A DNA stretch of 64,000 nucleotides from Pseudomonadota bacterium. GTDB taxonomy: Archaea; Thermoplasmatota; SW-10-69-26; JACQPN01; JAJPHT01. Positions 1-9,657 of the stretch are shown one piece after another. Position numbers and translations under genes: made by a program. How positions within the stretch are numbered: the first letter of the stretch is position 1; the number at the start of each line of letters is the position of its first letter. The notes under the pieces were generated by a model, which was not told the DNA's origin, did not search any database, and saw nothing but the letters and a program-made list of their open reading frames with translations. Location: assembly GCA_021325135.1 (NCBI GenBank), contig JAJPHT010000039.1, positions 1 to 64,000 of the forward strand. The letters run 5' to 3'.

Positions 1-132
1 GGCTACACCACCTGCCCCCGCGCGGGCGGCGACGACGGCTACTGGATCTTCCTCCAGAGCGGCGTCACCGAGGACGGCGGCGGCGCGACCGTCGGAACGG
101 CCACGACCGGCACCCTCACGGCGGACTCCTAA
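1..132 (+). CDS. 3' end of an unknown (probably secreted) protein, truncated by the window edge
   Basis: Frame 1 is open (GYTTCPRAGGDDGYWIFLQSG...TLTADS*) with high-GC3 codons, TAA at 130-132, followed by a T-rich tract. Confidence 0.6.
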   Translation, partial: GYTTCPRAGGDDGYWIFLQSGVTEDGGGATVGTATTGTLTADS

Positions 133-153
133 GCCCGCCAAAGCGTCGATGAC

Positions 154-190
154 CCGCTTCCCGCGGCGAGGCCCCCCTTTCTTTTTCCCT
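154..190 (+). terminator. Putative archaeal T-rich terminator
   Basis: GC-rich stretch then CCCCCCTTTCTTTTTCCC after the stop at 132. Confidence 0.45.
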
Positions 191-283
191 CTCCTGTAGA
201 ACACCCGTTGTCCACCGGGCGTTCGCTCAAAGCCCCGATCCAATGTCCACTTGAAGCCACATCCGGACCCCGGCTCGACAGCC

Positions 284-1762
284 ATGAGGTCCGCCACGTT
301 CGCCCTCGCCGCGGCCGCCGTGATCGCCCTGTCGGGCTCCGGCTACGCGACCTACGTCCTGGTCCACCCCCCCACCGCGCCCCCCTCGCTGGACGCGATG
401 CCCATGACGGGCATGAAGAGCGGCGACCCGTCGGACGACGAGATGATGGCCGGGGCCCACGACTGGCACGGGGGCACAGGGACGATCCCCTCGCTGGCCG
501 ACGCGCTCACCAAGCTGGAGCGGCGCGACAGCATCGTCATCCAGGGCGACAAGGCGTTCAACCCCGCCAACGGCGTGCGCAGCGGCAGCGGGACCTTCGA
601 GGACCCGTACGTCATCAGCGGGTGGTACGTGGACACGGTGCTCGTGAAGGACACCAGCAGGGCGTTCGTCTTCAGCGGCAACTACGTGAGCAGCATCCTC
701 GTCCTGGACTGGACCGGCCAGGGCGGCTACGTGCACCACAACCACCTGGAGAACCTGCGCACGAACCGCAACGTCGCGCGCACGGGCGCGCCCAGCGCGA
801 CGGTCATCGAGAACAACGAGATCCTCCAGGTCCAGGAGCTTCGCCACTTCGACGGCGAGGTGCGCAACGACACCATCGGCAACCCCGACCCCGTGCAACG
901 CCTCCTCCAGCCCGACGTGATCTTCAACATCGCGGGCCTGAACGGCGCGGGCATCCACGACAACCTGGTCTACGGCGGCGTGGACATGAAGATCCACGGC
1001 CACCACCACAGCGACGCGCCCGGCGAGCCCAGCCACAACCACGCGGCGACGCACGTCAACGACACGAACCCCGATGGCACGAAGGAGGACCACCAGGTGC
1101 GCTACGTGGACTTCGAGTTCTACGGCAACCACCTCGTGGACGACAAGTTCGGCCTGCGCTACAACGACCTCAACCACGCGGGCGACGACCGCGAGGCCAC
1201 CAGCGAGCAGAACCCCGACCTGGAGCTTCCCCACGTCCACCACACGACCATCCGCATCCACGACAACCTCATCGAGGGCGCGACGCTCCACGTCGCCACG
1301 GTGAACGCGCCCGACGAGCGCCACCTGCCCGGCGAGAGCGCGATGCTGGACGTCTACAACAACACCGTCGCGAAGCCCGTCGCGGGCAACGGCATCCAGG
1401 TCCAGGACGTGCGCGACGCCATGGTGATGATCCACGACAACCACGTCCAGAAGGGCTCGCTCCAGACGGGCGCCACGGCGGCCATCGAGCTGCTGCGCTT
1501 CAAGAACAGCACGGTCGTGGTCATGGACAACGACCTGGGCGCGTACCAGTACGGCGTGCAGGCGCACGACTTCGACGCCAAGACCAACTGGACCGTCGCG
1601 GACAACTCGGGGCCCGGCATCTCGCAGATGGTCTTCTGGGACTCCAGCGTCGCGAACCCGCCCACCAGGGGCGACGGCGGGAACATGACCATGGACGAGG
1701 GCCACGGGCACTCCGACCTCGCGGGGCTCGCCGCCACCGCGCCGCGGCTCGGGGGGCTCTGA
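284..1762 (+). CDS. Secreted parallel beta-helix-like protein with His/Met-rich segments
   Basis: Signal peptide MRSATFALAAAAVIAL; GSGTFEDPYVISGW motif and repeated IxxN turns; HGHHHSD, PHVHHT, MPMTGM. Confidence 0.7.
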   Translation: MRSATFALAAAAVIALSGSGYATYVLVHPPTAPPSLDAMPMTGMKSGDPSDDEMMAGAHDWHGGTGTIPSLADALTKLERRDSIVIQGDKAFNPANGVRSGSGTFEDPYVISGWYVDTVLVKDTSRAFVFSGNYVSSILVLDWTGQGGYVHHNHLENLRTNRNVARTGAPSATVIENNEILQVQELRHFDGEVRNDTIGNPDPVQRLLQPDVIFNIAGLNGAGIHDNLVYGGVDMKIHGHHHSDAPGEPSHNHAATHVNDTNPDGTKEDHQVRYVDFEFYGNHLVDDKFGLRYNDLNHAGDDREATSEQNPDLELPHVHHTTIRIHDNLIEGATLHVATVNAPDERHLPGESAMLDVYNNTVAKPVAGNGIQVQDVRDAMVMIHDNHVQKGSLQTGATAAIELLRFKNSTVVVMDNDLGAYQYGVQAHDFDAKTNWTVADNSGPGISQMVFWDSSVANPPTRGDGGNMTMDEGHGHSDLAGLAATAPRLGGL

Positions 1763-1909
1763 GCAACCATTCGACGTCCGCAACACGCCCCTTATGTCCC
1801 TGGCCGAAGGGTGGAGGTGCTGAAGGCGGCCCGCGTCCGCACCTCCCCCGCCAAGCCATCTCGCCCGCCTGCGGACGCGGCCGCCTCTTCCGATCAAGAG
1901 GCTGGACCC

Positions 1910-2863
1910 ATGCGAACCCTGACGATCCTGCTTGCGACCGCCCTCCTGCTTTCCGCCGCCGGCGCCGCGCTGGCCGAAGACCACGGCAAGGGCAAGCCCG
2001 ACGACAAGGGCAAGGACGGCGCGCGCGGCGACGACCACCACGGCAAGCCCGAGTTCCGTCCGCAGGGCGACCGCTTCCTCTTCCACAACGACCAGATCGC
2101 GGTCCTCTTCCACGAGAACAAGAACCACGCTGCGCCCGACGTGCGCGTCGTCTTCAACGGCACCGCGGACAACGAGTCCTCGGGCTACCGCGTGAAGCTG
2201 CTCTCCCTCTACGAGGCCGACCGCAACGACACCAACGGCGACCGCCACCTGCCGCGCATCAACCTCGCGCGCATGGACGACTGGAACGTGAAGACCACCG
2301 AGGGCAACGGCACGCTGACGCTCACCATGGTCCGCGCCGAGGCGCAGGGCATCGTGACGCTGACGTGGCACCTGGACACCGTCGACGCCAAGGTCAAGTT
2401 CGACGTGGGCGTCGACAACTGGCGCTGGGCCAACGCCTCCGACGTGCTCATCCTCGACATGCTCGTCCAGGGCAAGAACCTCAAGAACGAGACCGGCGCC
2501 AAGGTCAGCGTCGAGGACGCGGGCTACGTCAGCTGGAGCGACAACGCCAGCGCCACCTACGGCAACTCGACGCAGTCCATCCCCGTCTCCGCCTTCCAGG
2601 GCAAGCCCACGGGCGGCGACGACGAGCGCGGCGCCGAGGACGAGAGCGAGCACGAGAAGGCCGAGGACCACTCCGGCAAGGGTGGCCACATCTACCTCGT
2701 GTTCAACGGCACGGGCGGCTACGACAAGCTCTCCTACGACCCCGAGCTTGGCGTGCAGGAGAGCGGCGCGAGCCCCGTCGCCGCGGCGCCCGGCTTCGAG
2801 GCCGTCCTCGCGGTCGCGGCCGTCTTCGGCGTGGCGCTCCTCGTCGTGCGCCGCAAGCCCTGA
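1910..2863 (+). CDS. Secreted surface protein with PGF-CTERM archaeosortase signal
   Basis: Signal peptide MRTLTILLATALLLS; C-terminal APGFEAVLAVAAVFGVALLVVRRKP (PGF, TM helix, basic tail). Confidence 0.8.
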   Translation: MRTLTILLATALLLSAAGAALAEDHGKGKPDDKGKDGARGDDHHGKPEFRPQGDRFLFHNDQIAVLFHENKNHAAPDVRVVFNGTADNESSGYRVKLLSLYEADRNDTNGDRHLPRINLARMDDWNVKTTEGNGTLTLTMVRAEAQGIVTLTWHLDTVDAKVKFDVGVDNWRWANASDVLILDMLVQGKNLKNETGAKVSVEDAGYVSWSDNASATYGNSTQSIPVSAFQGKPTGGDDERGAEDESEHEKAEDHSGKGGHIYLVFNGTGGYDKLSYDPELGVQESGASPVAAAPGFEAVLAVAAVFGVALLVVRRKP

Positions 2864-2904
2864 GCCGCGCTGGGTTCATCCCGCAGGCGCGCGCTGCCCG
2901 TCCG

Positions 2905-3423
2905 ATGCCCCTGGCGGACGACGTGCGCCGCGCCCTGCGGACCTTCCCCGATTTTCCCGGCAAGGGCGTCCTCTTCCAGGACGTGGCGCCCGTGCTGCGC
3001 GACCCCGTTCTGCTATCACGCATCGTGGAGGCCATGGCGGAGCCCTTCCGCGGCCGCGCGCAGGCCGTGGCGGGCGTCGAGTCGCGCGGCTTCATGCTGG
3101 GGACGCCCGTCGCGCTGCGCCTCGGCGTCCCCTTCGTCCCGGTGCGCAAGGCGGGCAAGCTCCCCGGCCCCACGCTGCGCGAGGACTACGCGCTGGAGTA
3201 CGCCAAGGCCACGGTGGAGGTGCAGCGCGACGCGTTCGCCCCGGGCGCGCGGGTGCTCGTGGTGGACGACGTGCTGGCCACCGGGGGCACGGCCCTCGCG
3301 GCGGCGCGCCTCGTGGAGGCCGCGGGCGCGCAGGTCGCGGGCTGGTCGTTCCTCCTGGAGATCGGCGCGCTGCGCGGCCGCGCGAAGCTGGGGCCCCAGG
3401 CGCACGTCGTGGCGACGGCCTAG
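2905..3423 (+). CDS. apt: Adenine phosphoribosyltransferase
   Basis: PDFPGKGVLFQD, VESRGF, RKAGKLPG, LEY and PRPP motif VVDDVLATGGT; real gene is the 3' part of ORF 208..3423. Confidence 0.95.
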   Translation: MPLADDVRRALRTFPDFPGKGVLFQDVAPVLRDPVLLSRIVEAMAEPFRGRAQAVAGVESRGFMLGTPVALRLGVPFVPVRKAGKLPGPTLREDYALEYAKATVEVQRDAFAPGARVLVVDDVLATGGTALAAARLVEAAGAQVAGWSFLLEIGALRGRAKLGPQAHVVATA

Positions 3424-4271
3424 CCCTTCTCCACCGGCCGCATGGGGTTCCGGATCCACTCGCTCCAGCTTCCCGGGTAGAGCGCCGCGCCCGGCAGGCC
3501 CGCGACGTGCATGGCCAGGATGTCGTGGGGCGCGGTCACGCCGCTGCCGCAGTAGAACGCCACGTCCTGGGGGCGCGCGCCGGCGAGGGCCGCCTCGTAC
3601 TTCGCGCGAAGCTCGGCCGCGGGCAGGAAGCGCCCCGACTCGTCGGTGTTGCGCGCGAAGGGGAGGTTCACCGCCTGCGGGATGTGGCCCGCCACGGGGT
3701 CCACGGGCTCCACGTCGCCGCGATATCGTTCCGGCGCGCGGGCGTCCACCAGGCAGCGCGGCGCGCGCGTCGTGAGGTCCCAGGTGGTGACCGTGGGCAT
3801 GTGGCCCGGCGCGCCCGCGAAGCGGCGCGGCGCGCGCTTCGTCTCCTCGCGCGAGAGGGGCAGGCCCGCGGCGGTCCACGCGCCAATGCCGCCGTCGAGC
3901 ACGGCGACCGCGTCGTGGCCGTAGTGCTTCAGGAGCCACCACGCGCGGCTGGCCCACGCGCCGCCCCAGTCGTCGTAGGCCACCACCTGCACGGAGGCGT
4001 CGATGCCCCACGCCGAGCACGTCGCGCGGAAGGCGTCCACGTCGGGCAGCGGGTGGCGCCCCGTCTGGGGGCGCGGAGGGGAGGAGAGGTCGCGGTCGAC
4101 GTGCGCGTGCACCGAGCCCGGGATGTGTCCCTCCTTCCAGAGGCGCGGCCCTTTCTCGGGGTCCTTGAGGTCGTGGCGCACGTCCAGCACCACCACGCGC
4201 TCCGGGTCGTCGCGCAGGGCCTTCGCCAGGCTCGGCGCGTCCACGAGGGTCCGCCACGGGCGGGGCGTCAC
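3420..4271 (-). CDS. Tandem-rhodanese sulfurtransferase (SseA/MPST family)
   Basis: GHIPGS, GRHPLP, DARAPERYRG, GHIPQA, active site YCGSGVTA, LYPGSWSEW. Confidence 0.92.
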   Translation of the reverse strand: MTPRPWRTLVDAPSLAKALRDDPERVVVLDVRHDLKDPEKGPRLWKEGHIPGSVHAHVDRDLSSPPRPQTGRHPLPDVDAFRATCSAWGIDASVQVVAYDDWGGAWASRAWWLLKHYGHDAVAVLDGGIGAWTAAGLPLSREETKRAPRRFAGAPGHMPTVTTWDLTTRAPRCLVDARAPERYRGDVEPVDPVAGHIPQAVNLPFARNTDESGRFLPAAELRAKYEAALAGARPQDVAFYCGSGVTAPHDILAMHVAGLPGAALYPGSWSEWIRNPMRPVEKG

Positions 4272-4292
4272 GCGCGGCCAGAGGAGCCGCGC

Positions 4293-5495
4293 CTAAGGAG
4301 CTTTCCCCACGCCGGGGAACGGCGCCCACCGGCACGGCGAGGCGGAGAGCTGCACCCACGTCGCGTGGCCCGGCTCGTCGGGCGCGCAGGACGGCTGCCA
4401 CGTCGCGGTGGGCGGCGCCACGGTCTCGTAGGAGAAGGTGGAGCCGTCGGTCGCCACGAACCCCCCTGAGGGCGCGGCGCGCCACGCGGGGTGGTACTCG
4501 CGCCAGCCGCCGTGGTCCTCGGTCCACGGGCGGAGCAGCACGGCGGCGCTGGCCTGCCACGAGCGGTTGCCATCCATCGTCTCCATGGAGGCGCTGACGA
4601 CGTACTCCCCCGAGGGCGCGGGCGCCGAGCCGCAGGGGACGATCCAGCCCCCGCCCTCGGCGCAGCCTGCGGCCACCGTGCCGTTCCACCACCCCGCGAC
4701 CTCGCGGGCCTGGCCGGGCACGATCCAGTCGGGGCGAAGCTGGAGGATCGGCCCGCAGCTGGGGCCCACGAAGCCCAGCGTGCCGTTGAGCACCACGCCG
4801 CCCGCGGGGCCCGAGACGGAGGGCGTGAGGCGCGGCCAGTGGCAGGAGAGGGGCGAGAGCGGCAGCGCGTCGGCGCCGCAGTCCTGGAAGCGCGCGACGA
4901 AGGAGACGTTGCCCCCCACGTCCAGCGCGAAGGCCGAGGGCTCCAGCGTCAGCGGCTCGCAGGAGGGGGAGCCGCTGGCGGGCTTGTCCTGGGGAGGGCC
5001 CACGAGGATGCGGGCCGTCGCGTCCCACGACCGGTTGCCATGCACGGTGCGCAGGCCCACGCGCGCCACGTATTCCCCCGGAGGCGCCCCGCTCGCGTCC
5101 CACCGCGCGCTCCGCGTCGCGTTCTGGCCCGGCACAAGCCACGTGCCCGCGTCGATCCGCAAGGCCTGGCAGCCGTGGACCCCGTTGAAGAGCGGCCCGT
5201 CCTCGATCTCGCCGGAGACGGGCCCCGAGAGGGACATCTCCAGGAGGCCGCGGCACTGGTCCTCGATCTCCAGCGGCTCGGTCCCGCAGTTCTCGAAGCG
5301 CACCTGGAACGAGACGTTTCCCCCGGCGTCGATCCACCACGCGGAGGGGACGAGGCTCAGCGCCCCGCAGGCCCACGTCGCTTCGGCCTCGCGCGCCGGC
5401 TCGGGCGGCGCGACATCTCCGGTCCGGCCAGGCAGCGCGCACCCGGGGCTCGCGACCCAGAAGGCGGCCAGCACGAGGGCCAGGGTCCGGAGCAC
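4293..5495 (-). CDS. Predicted lipoprotein with two tandem Ig-like (BsuPI-like) domains
   Basis: Hydrophobic N-terminus ending SPGC; internal repeats GGNVSFQVRFENCG/GGNVSFVARFQDCG and GEYV...GNRSW twice. Confidence 0.65.
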   Translation of the reverse strand: MLRTLALVLAAFWVASPGCALPGRTGDVAPPEPAREAEATWACGALSLVPSAWWIDAGGNVSFQVRFENCGTEPLEIEDQCRGLLEMSLSGPVSGEIEDGPLFNGVHGCQALRIDAGTWLVPGQNATRSARWDASGAPPGEYVARVGLRTVHGNRSWDATARILVGPPQDKPASGSPSCEPLTLEPSAFALDVGGNVSFVARFQDCGADALPLSPLSCHWPRLTPSVSGPAGGVVLNGTLGFVGPSCGPILQLRPDWIVPGQAREVAGWWNGTVAAGCAEGGGWIVPCGSAPAPSGEYVVSASMETMDGNRSWQASAAVLLRPWTEDHGGWREYHPAWRAAPSGGFVATDGSTFSYETVAPPTATWQPSCAPDEPGHATWVQLSASPCRWAPFPGVGKAP

Positions 5496-5589
5496 GCGCC
5501 CCGGTTCCCGGGGGCCGGCTTCAGGATTGCCCCCTGCGCGCGAGGCCCAGTTGCGAGGGCTTAAGACCGACCTTTTCCCACTCTGCGAT

Positions 5590-6531
5590 GTGCGTGCGCT
5601 GGTGCTCTCCGGGGGCGGGGGCCGGGGCGCCTACGAGCTGGGGGTCTACAAGGCCTTCACCGAGCGCCACCGGACCTTCGACCTCATCAGCGGGACCAGC
5701 GTGGGCGCCATCACGGCGGCGGGCATCGCCTCGGGCCTCACGGTGGACGAGCTGGAAGGCATGTGGGCGCGCATGCACAACTTCCGCGTCATGCAGCCCC
5801 GCGGCGACTTCTGGCGGCTCCCCTCGTGGACGCACCTCATGTACACCAAGCCGCTCCTGGAGTTCCTGGAGCGCGAGATCGACTACGAGGCCGTGAAGCG
5901 CTCGCCCATCGAGATCCGCGTCGCGGCGGTGGACGTGGGCTCGGGCGACCTGCGCGTGTTCACCAACATGGAGCTGACCCCGAAGCGCCTTCTCGCCAGC
6001 AGCAGCATCCCCATCCTCTTTCCCATGGTGCACGACGACGACGGGCGCGCCTACTGGGACGGCGGCACCGTGGTCAACACGCCCTTGCAGCCCGCCATCG
6101 AGGCCGGCGCCACGGAGATCGTCTGCGTGCTGCTCTCGCCGGTGGGCGCGCGCCCGCTGGAGCCGCCGCGCAACCTGTGGGAGGCCATCTCCCGCACCGC
6201 GGACCTCCGGCAGATGGGGAACCTCAAGGAGGACATCAAGCACGCCGAGTTCATCAACGGGCTCGTGGACGCGGGCACCGCGGACCCGGCGTGGCACCAC
6301 ATCGACTTCCACATCGTGAGCCCCCGGGAGACGTTGGGCCTCACCACCATCCTCAACTTCGACAGCAAGCTGGCGCGCCGCCTCATCGACTGGGGCTATC
6401 GCGACGGCCTGGAGTACCTCGACGGCGACCGCAACGAGCATCGCGTCGAGGTGCGCGCCCGCGAGGAGCTGGCCGAGGCCGCGGAGCGCGAGGCGCGCTT
6501 CTGGCAGATCCTCCCGGGCACCGACTTCTGA
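5590..6531 (+). CDS. Patatin-like phospholipase/esterase
   Basis: LVLSGGGGRGAY, GTSVG nucleophile elbow, DGG; GTG start ~29 nt after CTTAAG. Confidence 0.92.
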   Translation: MRALVLSGGGGRGAYELGVYKAFTERHRTFDLISGTSVGAITAAGIASGLTVDELEGMWARMHNFRVMQPRGDFWRLPSWTHLMYTKPLLEFLEREIDYEAVKRSPIEIRVAAVDVGSGDLRVFTNMELTPKRLLASSSIPILFPMVHDDDGRAYWDGGTVVNTPLQPAIEAGATEIVCVLLSPVGARPLEPPRNLWEAISRTADLRQMGNLKEDIKHAEFINGLVDAGTADPAWHHIDFHIVSPRETLGLTTILNFDSKLARRLIDWGYRDGLEYLDGDRNEHRVEVRAREELAEAAEREARFWQILPGTDF

Positions 6532-6745
6532 GCCGCCTCCAGTTTCGGAGGCCCGGGGGGGAGGTTCCTACCTTTGGGGTTGGGTGAAGGGGTGACGCGC
6601 ACGACCCCGGGACGCAGAGTGCTGCCCCGTCCCTCTTCTCCCCGCGTCCCGAGGGTTTGGCATGCACAGGAACGGGGCCACTGGCGAGGATTGTTGCGAA
6701 ACGCGGGCCGAAGCTGACTTCCCCTGGGCGCGGATTCCGCCCAGG

Positions 6746-7258
6746 ATGAGGCGGCGGCTTCCCCCGGCGGTCCCCGCGACGTGGGGGCTTGGCTTCCTGC
6801 TGGGCGTCGCGGCGACGGGCTTGGCCGCGGCCGCGGCGTGGGTGGCCGCGCGCAGGAGCGTGGGGGAGATGACCCGCCTCGCCGAGGCCTCGGCGGCGCA
6901 GGGCGACCTGGAGGGGGCGCTCCGGTGGCTGCGCCGCGCGCGCCGCCGCGCCCCGGACGACGTGGAGCTTGCGCTGGACGAGGGGTGGCACCTCGCGAAG
7001 CTGGGCCGCACCGACGAGGCCATCGCGCTCTACGCGCGGCTCCCCCTCCCTCCGGGCCAGGCCGCGTGGCTCACGGCCCTGACCCTCTTCGAGGGGGGTG
7101 GCGACCTCGCCCGCGTCGAGGGGCTGGTGGTGGAGGCCCTGGACGCGGCGCCCCTCCTGGTGGAGGAGCTGGCCCTGGAGCCCGGCCTCTCGCGGGCACT
7201 GGAGGGGAGGCTCCAGGTCGAGGAGGCCCGGGAGCGGGCGCGCCGAAGGCTGGGCTAG
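6746..7258 (+). CDS. Membrane-anchored TPR-like protein
   Basis: N-terminal TM segment, helical repeat GDLEGALRWLRRA...LAKLGRTDEAIALY. Confidence 0.6.
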   Translation: MRRRLPPAVPATWGLGFLLGVAATGLAAAAAWVAARRSVGEMTRLAEASAAQGDLEGALRWLRRARRRAPDDVELALDEGWHLAKLGRTDEAIALYARLPLPPGQAAWLTALTLFEGGGDLARVEGLVVEALDAAPLLVEELALEPGLSRALEGRLQVEEARERARRRLG

Positions 7259-7548
7259 GCGGTGGGGTCGGGGACGCCCGCGGCCCGGAGGACCTCGTTC
7301 ATGCGCACGATGTGATGGACAAGCTCGTGCCCCAGGGGCGTCATCGAGATGGCGGCGACCTGCAACATGCCGCGCCCCTTGCGCTCGTCCGAGACGAGGC
7401 CGAGGGTCACGAGCCTCTTGAGGGCCTGCCGGGCGCGGCGCGGGGCGCAGCGGCAGGCCATGACGAAGTTGCGCATGTTGAGCGGCCCCTCGCGGAGCTT
7501 CATCAGGCCGGACACTTCCGGGCAACCCAACGCATCGATAACGGCCAC
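7255..7548 (-). CDS. Winged-helix DNA-binding protein
   Basis: ARQALKRLVTLGLV...ISMTPLGHEL pattern; 3' part of ORF 7255..7950. Confidence 0.6.
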   Translation of the reverse strand: MAVIDALGCPEVSGLMKLREGPLNMRNFVMACRCAPRRARQALKRLVTLGLVSDERKGRGMLQVAAISMTPLGHELVHHIVRMNEVLRAAGVPDPTA

Positions 7549-7599
7549 GCCCCCAGAAAGGCGCCGACCCGTTTGAATAGCGGTTCGCGATAACGGAGC

Positions 7600-7630
7600 G
7601 ATTTCAAGCACCGTATGTTTTATAATAGAA
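7600..7630. promoter_or_regulatory. AT-rich divergent promoter region (TATA box)
   Basis: TGTTTTTATAATAG ~25 nt before the GTG at 7649, between divergent genes. Confidence 0.55.
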
Positions 7631-7648
7631 GCCGGCGCTGAGGGGCGC

Positions 7649-8083
7649 GTGACGCGGGCGGCCGGGGGGAAGACGCACCCGTGGCACTGCCTCCGGTGCG
7701 GCCGCCCGGTCCAACGGGTCCTCTGGCTCGTCGACCTGCGCCGGCACGTCCACGCGGCCCGCGGCCAGCCCGGCCCCGAGGGCACGCCCTCCTGCTGCGG
7801 CGGCGAGGTCGTCCACCCGGAGGACGCGGGCGCCCGCCCGCCGCAGCCCGGCGACGTGGTCCTGTGCATGCCCTCCTGGGGGAGCCTCGCCATGCACCTC
7901 GTCCGGCTGGGGCGCGTCGCGGACGTGGGCAACGCCTCCTGGAGCGGCACGGCGCTGTGCGGGCAGACCTACCGCTCGCGCTACTGGGTGGTGGTGCAGC
8001 GCAGCGTCGAGCCCCAGGAGCGCTGCCGAGACTGCGAGGAGAGGGCGCAAAGAGCGGGGGGTTCGGGGGGCGAGGGCCCCTGA
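7649..8083 (+). CDS. Small Cys-rich putative zinc-binding protein
   Basis: CLRC, SCCG, LCG, CRDC motifs; TATA upstream. Confidence 0.55.
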   Translation: MTRAAGGKTHPWHCLRCGRPVQRVLWLVDLRRHVHAARGQPGPEGTPSCCGGEVVHPEDAGARPPQPGDVVLCMPSWGSLAMHLVRLGRVADVGNASWSGTALCGQTYRSRYWVVVQRSVEPQERCRDCEERAQRAGGSGGEGP

Positions 8084-8147
8084 CGTCTTGATCGTCTGCT
8101 GGAACGGTCCTTTCACGTCAGGGGGGCGAGCCCCCCTGAAACCCCCC
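8056..8147. repeat. REPIN/MITE-like inverted-repeat element, copy 1
   Basis: Arms GGGGGTTCGGGGGGCGAGGGCCCCTGACGT and ACGTCAGGGGGGCGAGCCCCCCTGAAACCCCCC; spacer similar to the copy at 57051-57140 in opposite orientation. Confidence 0.8.
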
Positions 8148-8187
8148 ATTTTGGCCGCGCTGCGGCGCGGCCGGACGACGAACGACC

Positions 8188-8215
8188 TCAGGGGGCTTCG
8201 CCCCCCGAACCCCCC
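8188..8215. repeat. Solo REP-like unit of the same family
   Basis: TCAGGGGGCTTCGCCCCCCGAACCCCC. Confidence 0.65.
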
Positions 8216-8216
8216 T

Positions 8217-8687
8217 TCAGAGCAGCACGATCTCCTTCGTGTCCGCATCGTAGGACAGGATGCCGCCGTGGCGCCCCCAGTTGATGAGCGTCCGCACCGC
8301 GGTCTCCTGGTCGTGGGTCCAGAGCTTGAAGCCCAGGATGTCGGCGAGGTCGTCCTTCTGCATGCGGCCGCCCGCCTTCTGGAGCTTGCTCACGACGTCC
8401 ATGAAGATGGGCGTCTTGAGGGCCTGCTCGCGGAAGATGGTCTTGCGCGTCTTCAGCGAGGCCTTCAGCATCTTGCGCCCCACGTCGGTCAGCGCGACGT
8501 CCCCCTCCGCGACCTTGACGAAGCCCAGGAGCTCCGCCGCGTGGACGCTGGGGAGGAACTCGTCGATGTCGAGGTCGTAGTCCGCGGCGATGCGCGCGGC
8601 GTCCACCTTGCCCTTGTAGTCGTCCACGATCTCGAGGACGCCAACGATGGAGCCGACGGGAACGTTCGGGAGCTGGGGACTTAACAT
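8217..8687 (-). CDS. Stand-alone AAA-associated C-terminal domain of NitT/TauT ABC ATPases
   Basis: DIDEFLPSVHAAELLGFV...GDVALT and INWGRHGGILSYD motifs; directly downstream of the ATPase. Confidence 0.85.
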   Translation of the reverse strand: MLSPQLPNVPVGSIVGVLEIVDDYKGKVDAARIAADYDLDIDEFLPSVHAAELLGFVKVAEGDVALTDVGRKMLKASLKTRKTIFREQALKTPIFMDVVSKLQKAGGRMQKDDLADILGFKLWTHDQETAVRTLINWGRHGGILSYDADTKEIVLL

Positions 8688-8702
8688 GGGCGGCCTCCCA
8701 GC

Positions 8703-8795
8703 CACGTCGAGACGCCACGGCGCGACGGCGCGACGGCGCCACGCCTCCTGGGATCGTGGCGTCGTGGCGTCGTGGCGGCGTCGCGTATCGACGTG
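8703..8795. repeat. Inverted array of 8-mer GACGCCAC/GGCGCGAC repeats
   Basis: Four 8-mers at 8711-8742 face complementary GTGGCGTC units at 8756-8782, bounded by CACGTCGA/TCGACGTG. Confidence 0.7.
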
Positions 8796-8824
8796 TCGAT
8801 GCGTGCTATCATGGATTCCAACTC

Positions 8825-9577
8825 TCACGTGATGAGCTTGTAGATGCGGTCCGACTCCTCGTAGAACTCGGGGGACTTGCGGTCGCGGGGCCGCGGGAGC
8901 TTGATGCGCTCGTCCGCGAGGATTCGGCCCGGGCGCGTGCCGAAGACGATGACGCGGTCCGCCATGTAGACGGCCTCCTCCACGTTGTGCGTGACCATGC
9001 AGACCGCCTCGGGGGGCAGGTCGGGGTCGCCCCAGAGGCGGAGCACCTCCTCGCGCAGCGTCTCGGTGGTCAGGGGATCGAGCGCGCTGAACGGCTCGTC
9101 CATGCAAAGCAGGATGGGGTCCGTGGCGAGGGCCCGCGCGAGCCCCACGCGCTGCTTCATGCCGCCGGAAAGCTCGCGCGGGTACGCGTTCTCGAAGCCC
9201 GCGAGGCCCACGATGTCGATGAGGTCCGCGGCCTTGGCGTGGCGGTCCTTCTTGGCGTAGCCCTGCGCCTCCAGGCCCAGGGAGACGTTGTCCAGCACGT
9301 CGAGCCACGGCATGAGGGCGAAGTTCTGGAAGACCATCGTGACCTTGGGGTTGTCCACGCGGATGGGCGCGCCCTGGTAGAGCACCTCGCCCTGCGTGGG
9401 GCGGTCCAGCCCGCAGAGCAGGCGCAGGAGCGTCGACTTGCCGCACCCGCTGGGCCCGACGAGCGCCACGAACTCGTTGCGCTGCATCTCGAAGTTGATG
9501 TCCTTGAGCACGACGATCTTCTTCTGCCCGTCGTCGTACTCCTTCCAGACGTTCTTCACCTCGACGAGGGGGGGCAA
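8825..9577 (-). CDS. NitT/TauT family ABC transporter ATP-binding protein
   Basis: Walker A GPSGCGKST, LSGGMKQR, MDEPFSALD, H-loop VTHN; TTG start chosen. Confidence 0.95.
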   Translation of the reverse strand: MPPLVEVKNVWKEYDDGQKKIVVLKDINFEMQRNEFVALVGPSGCGKSTLLRLLCGLDRPTQGEVLYQGAPIRVDNPKVTMVFQNFALMPWLDVLDNVSLGLEAQGYAKKDRHAKAADLIDIVGLAGFENAYPRELSGGMKQRVGLARALATDPILLCMDEPFSALDPLTTETLREEVLRLWGDPDLPPEAVCMVTHNVEEAVYMADRVIVFGTRPGRILADERIKLPRPRDRKSPEFYEESDRIYKLIT

Positions 9578-9657
9578 CGCCGGGCCATCCCCGGGCCCCG
9601 ATATGAACGCGCGCCATGGTGGAGGGCCCGACCGGGGATGGTGGGGCCCCCGACGGC

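Noticed and set aside
208-3423. 1071-aa ORF
   Set aside because: Arg/Gly/Pro-rich shadow frame of two real genes; only the last 172 aa (apt) are genuine.
8703-8795. Possible CRISPR mini-array
   Set aside because: Units are 8 nt with no unique spacers; no CRISPR array or cas gene was seen in the window.
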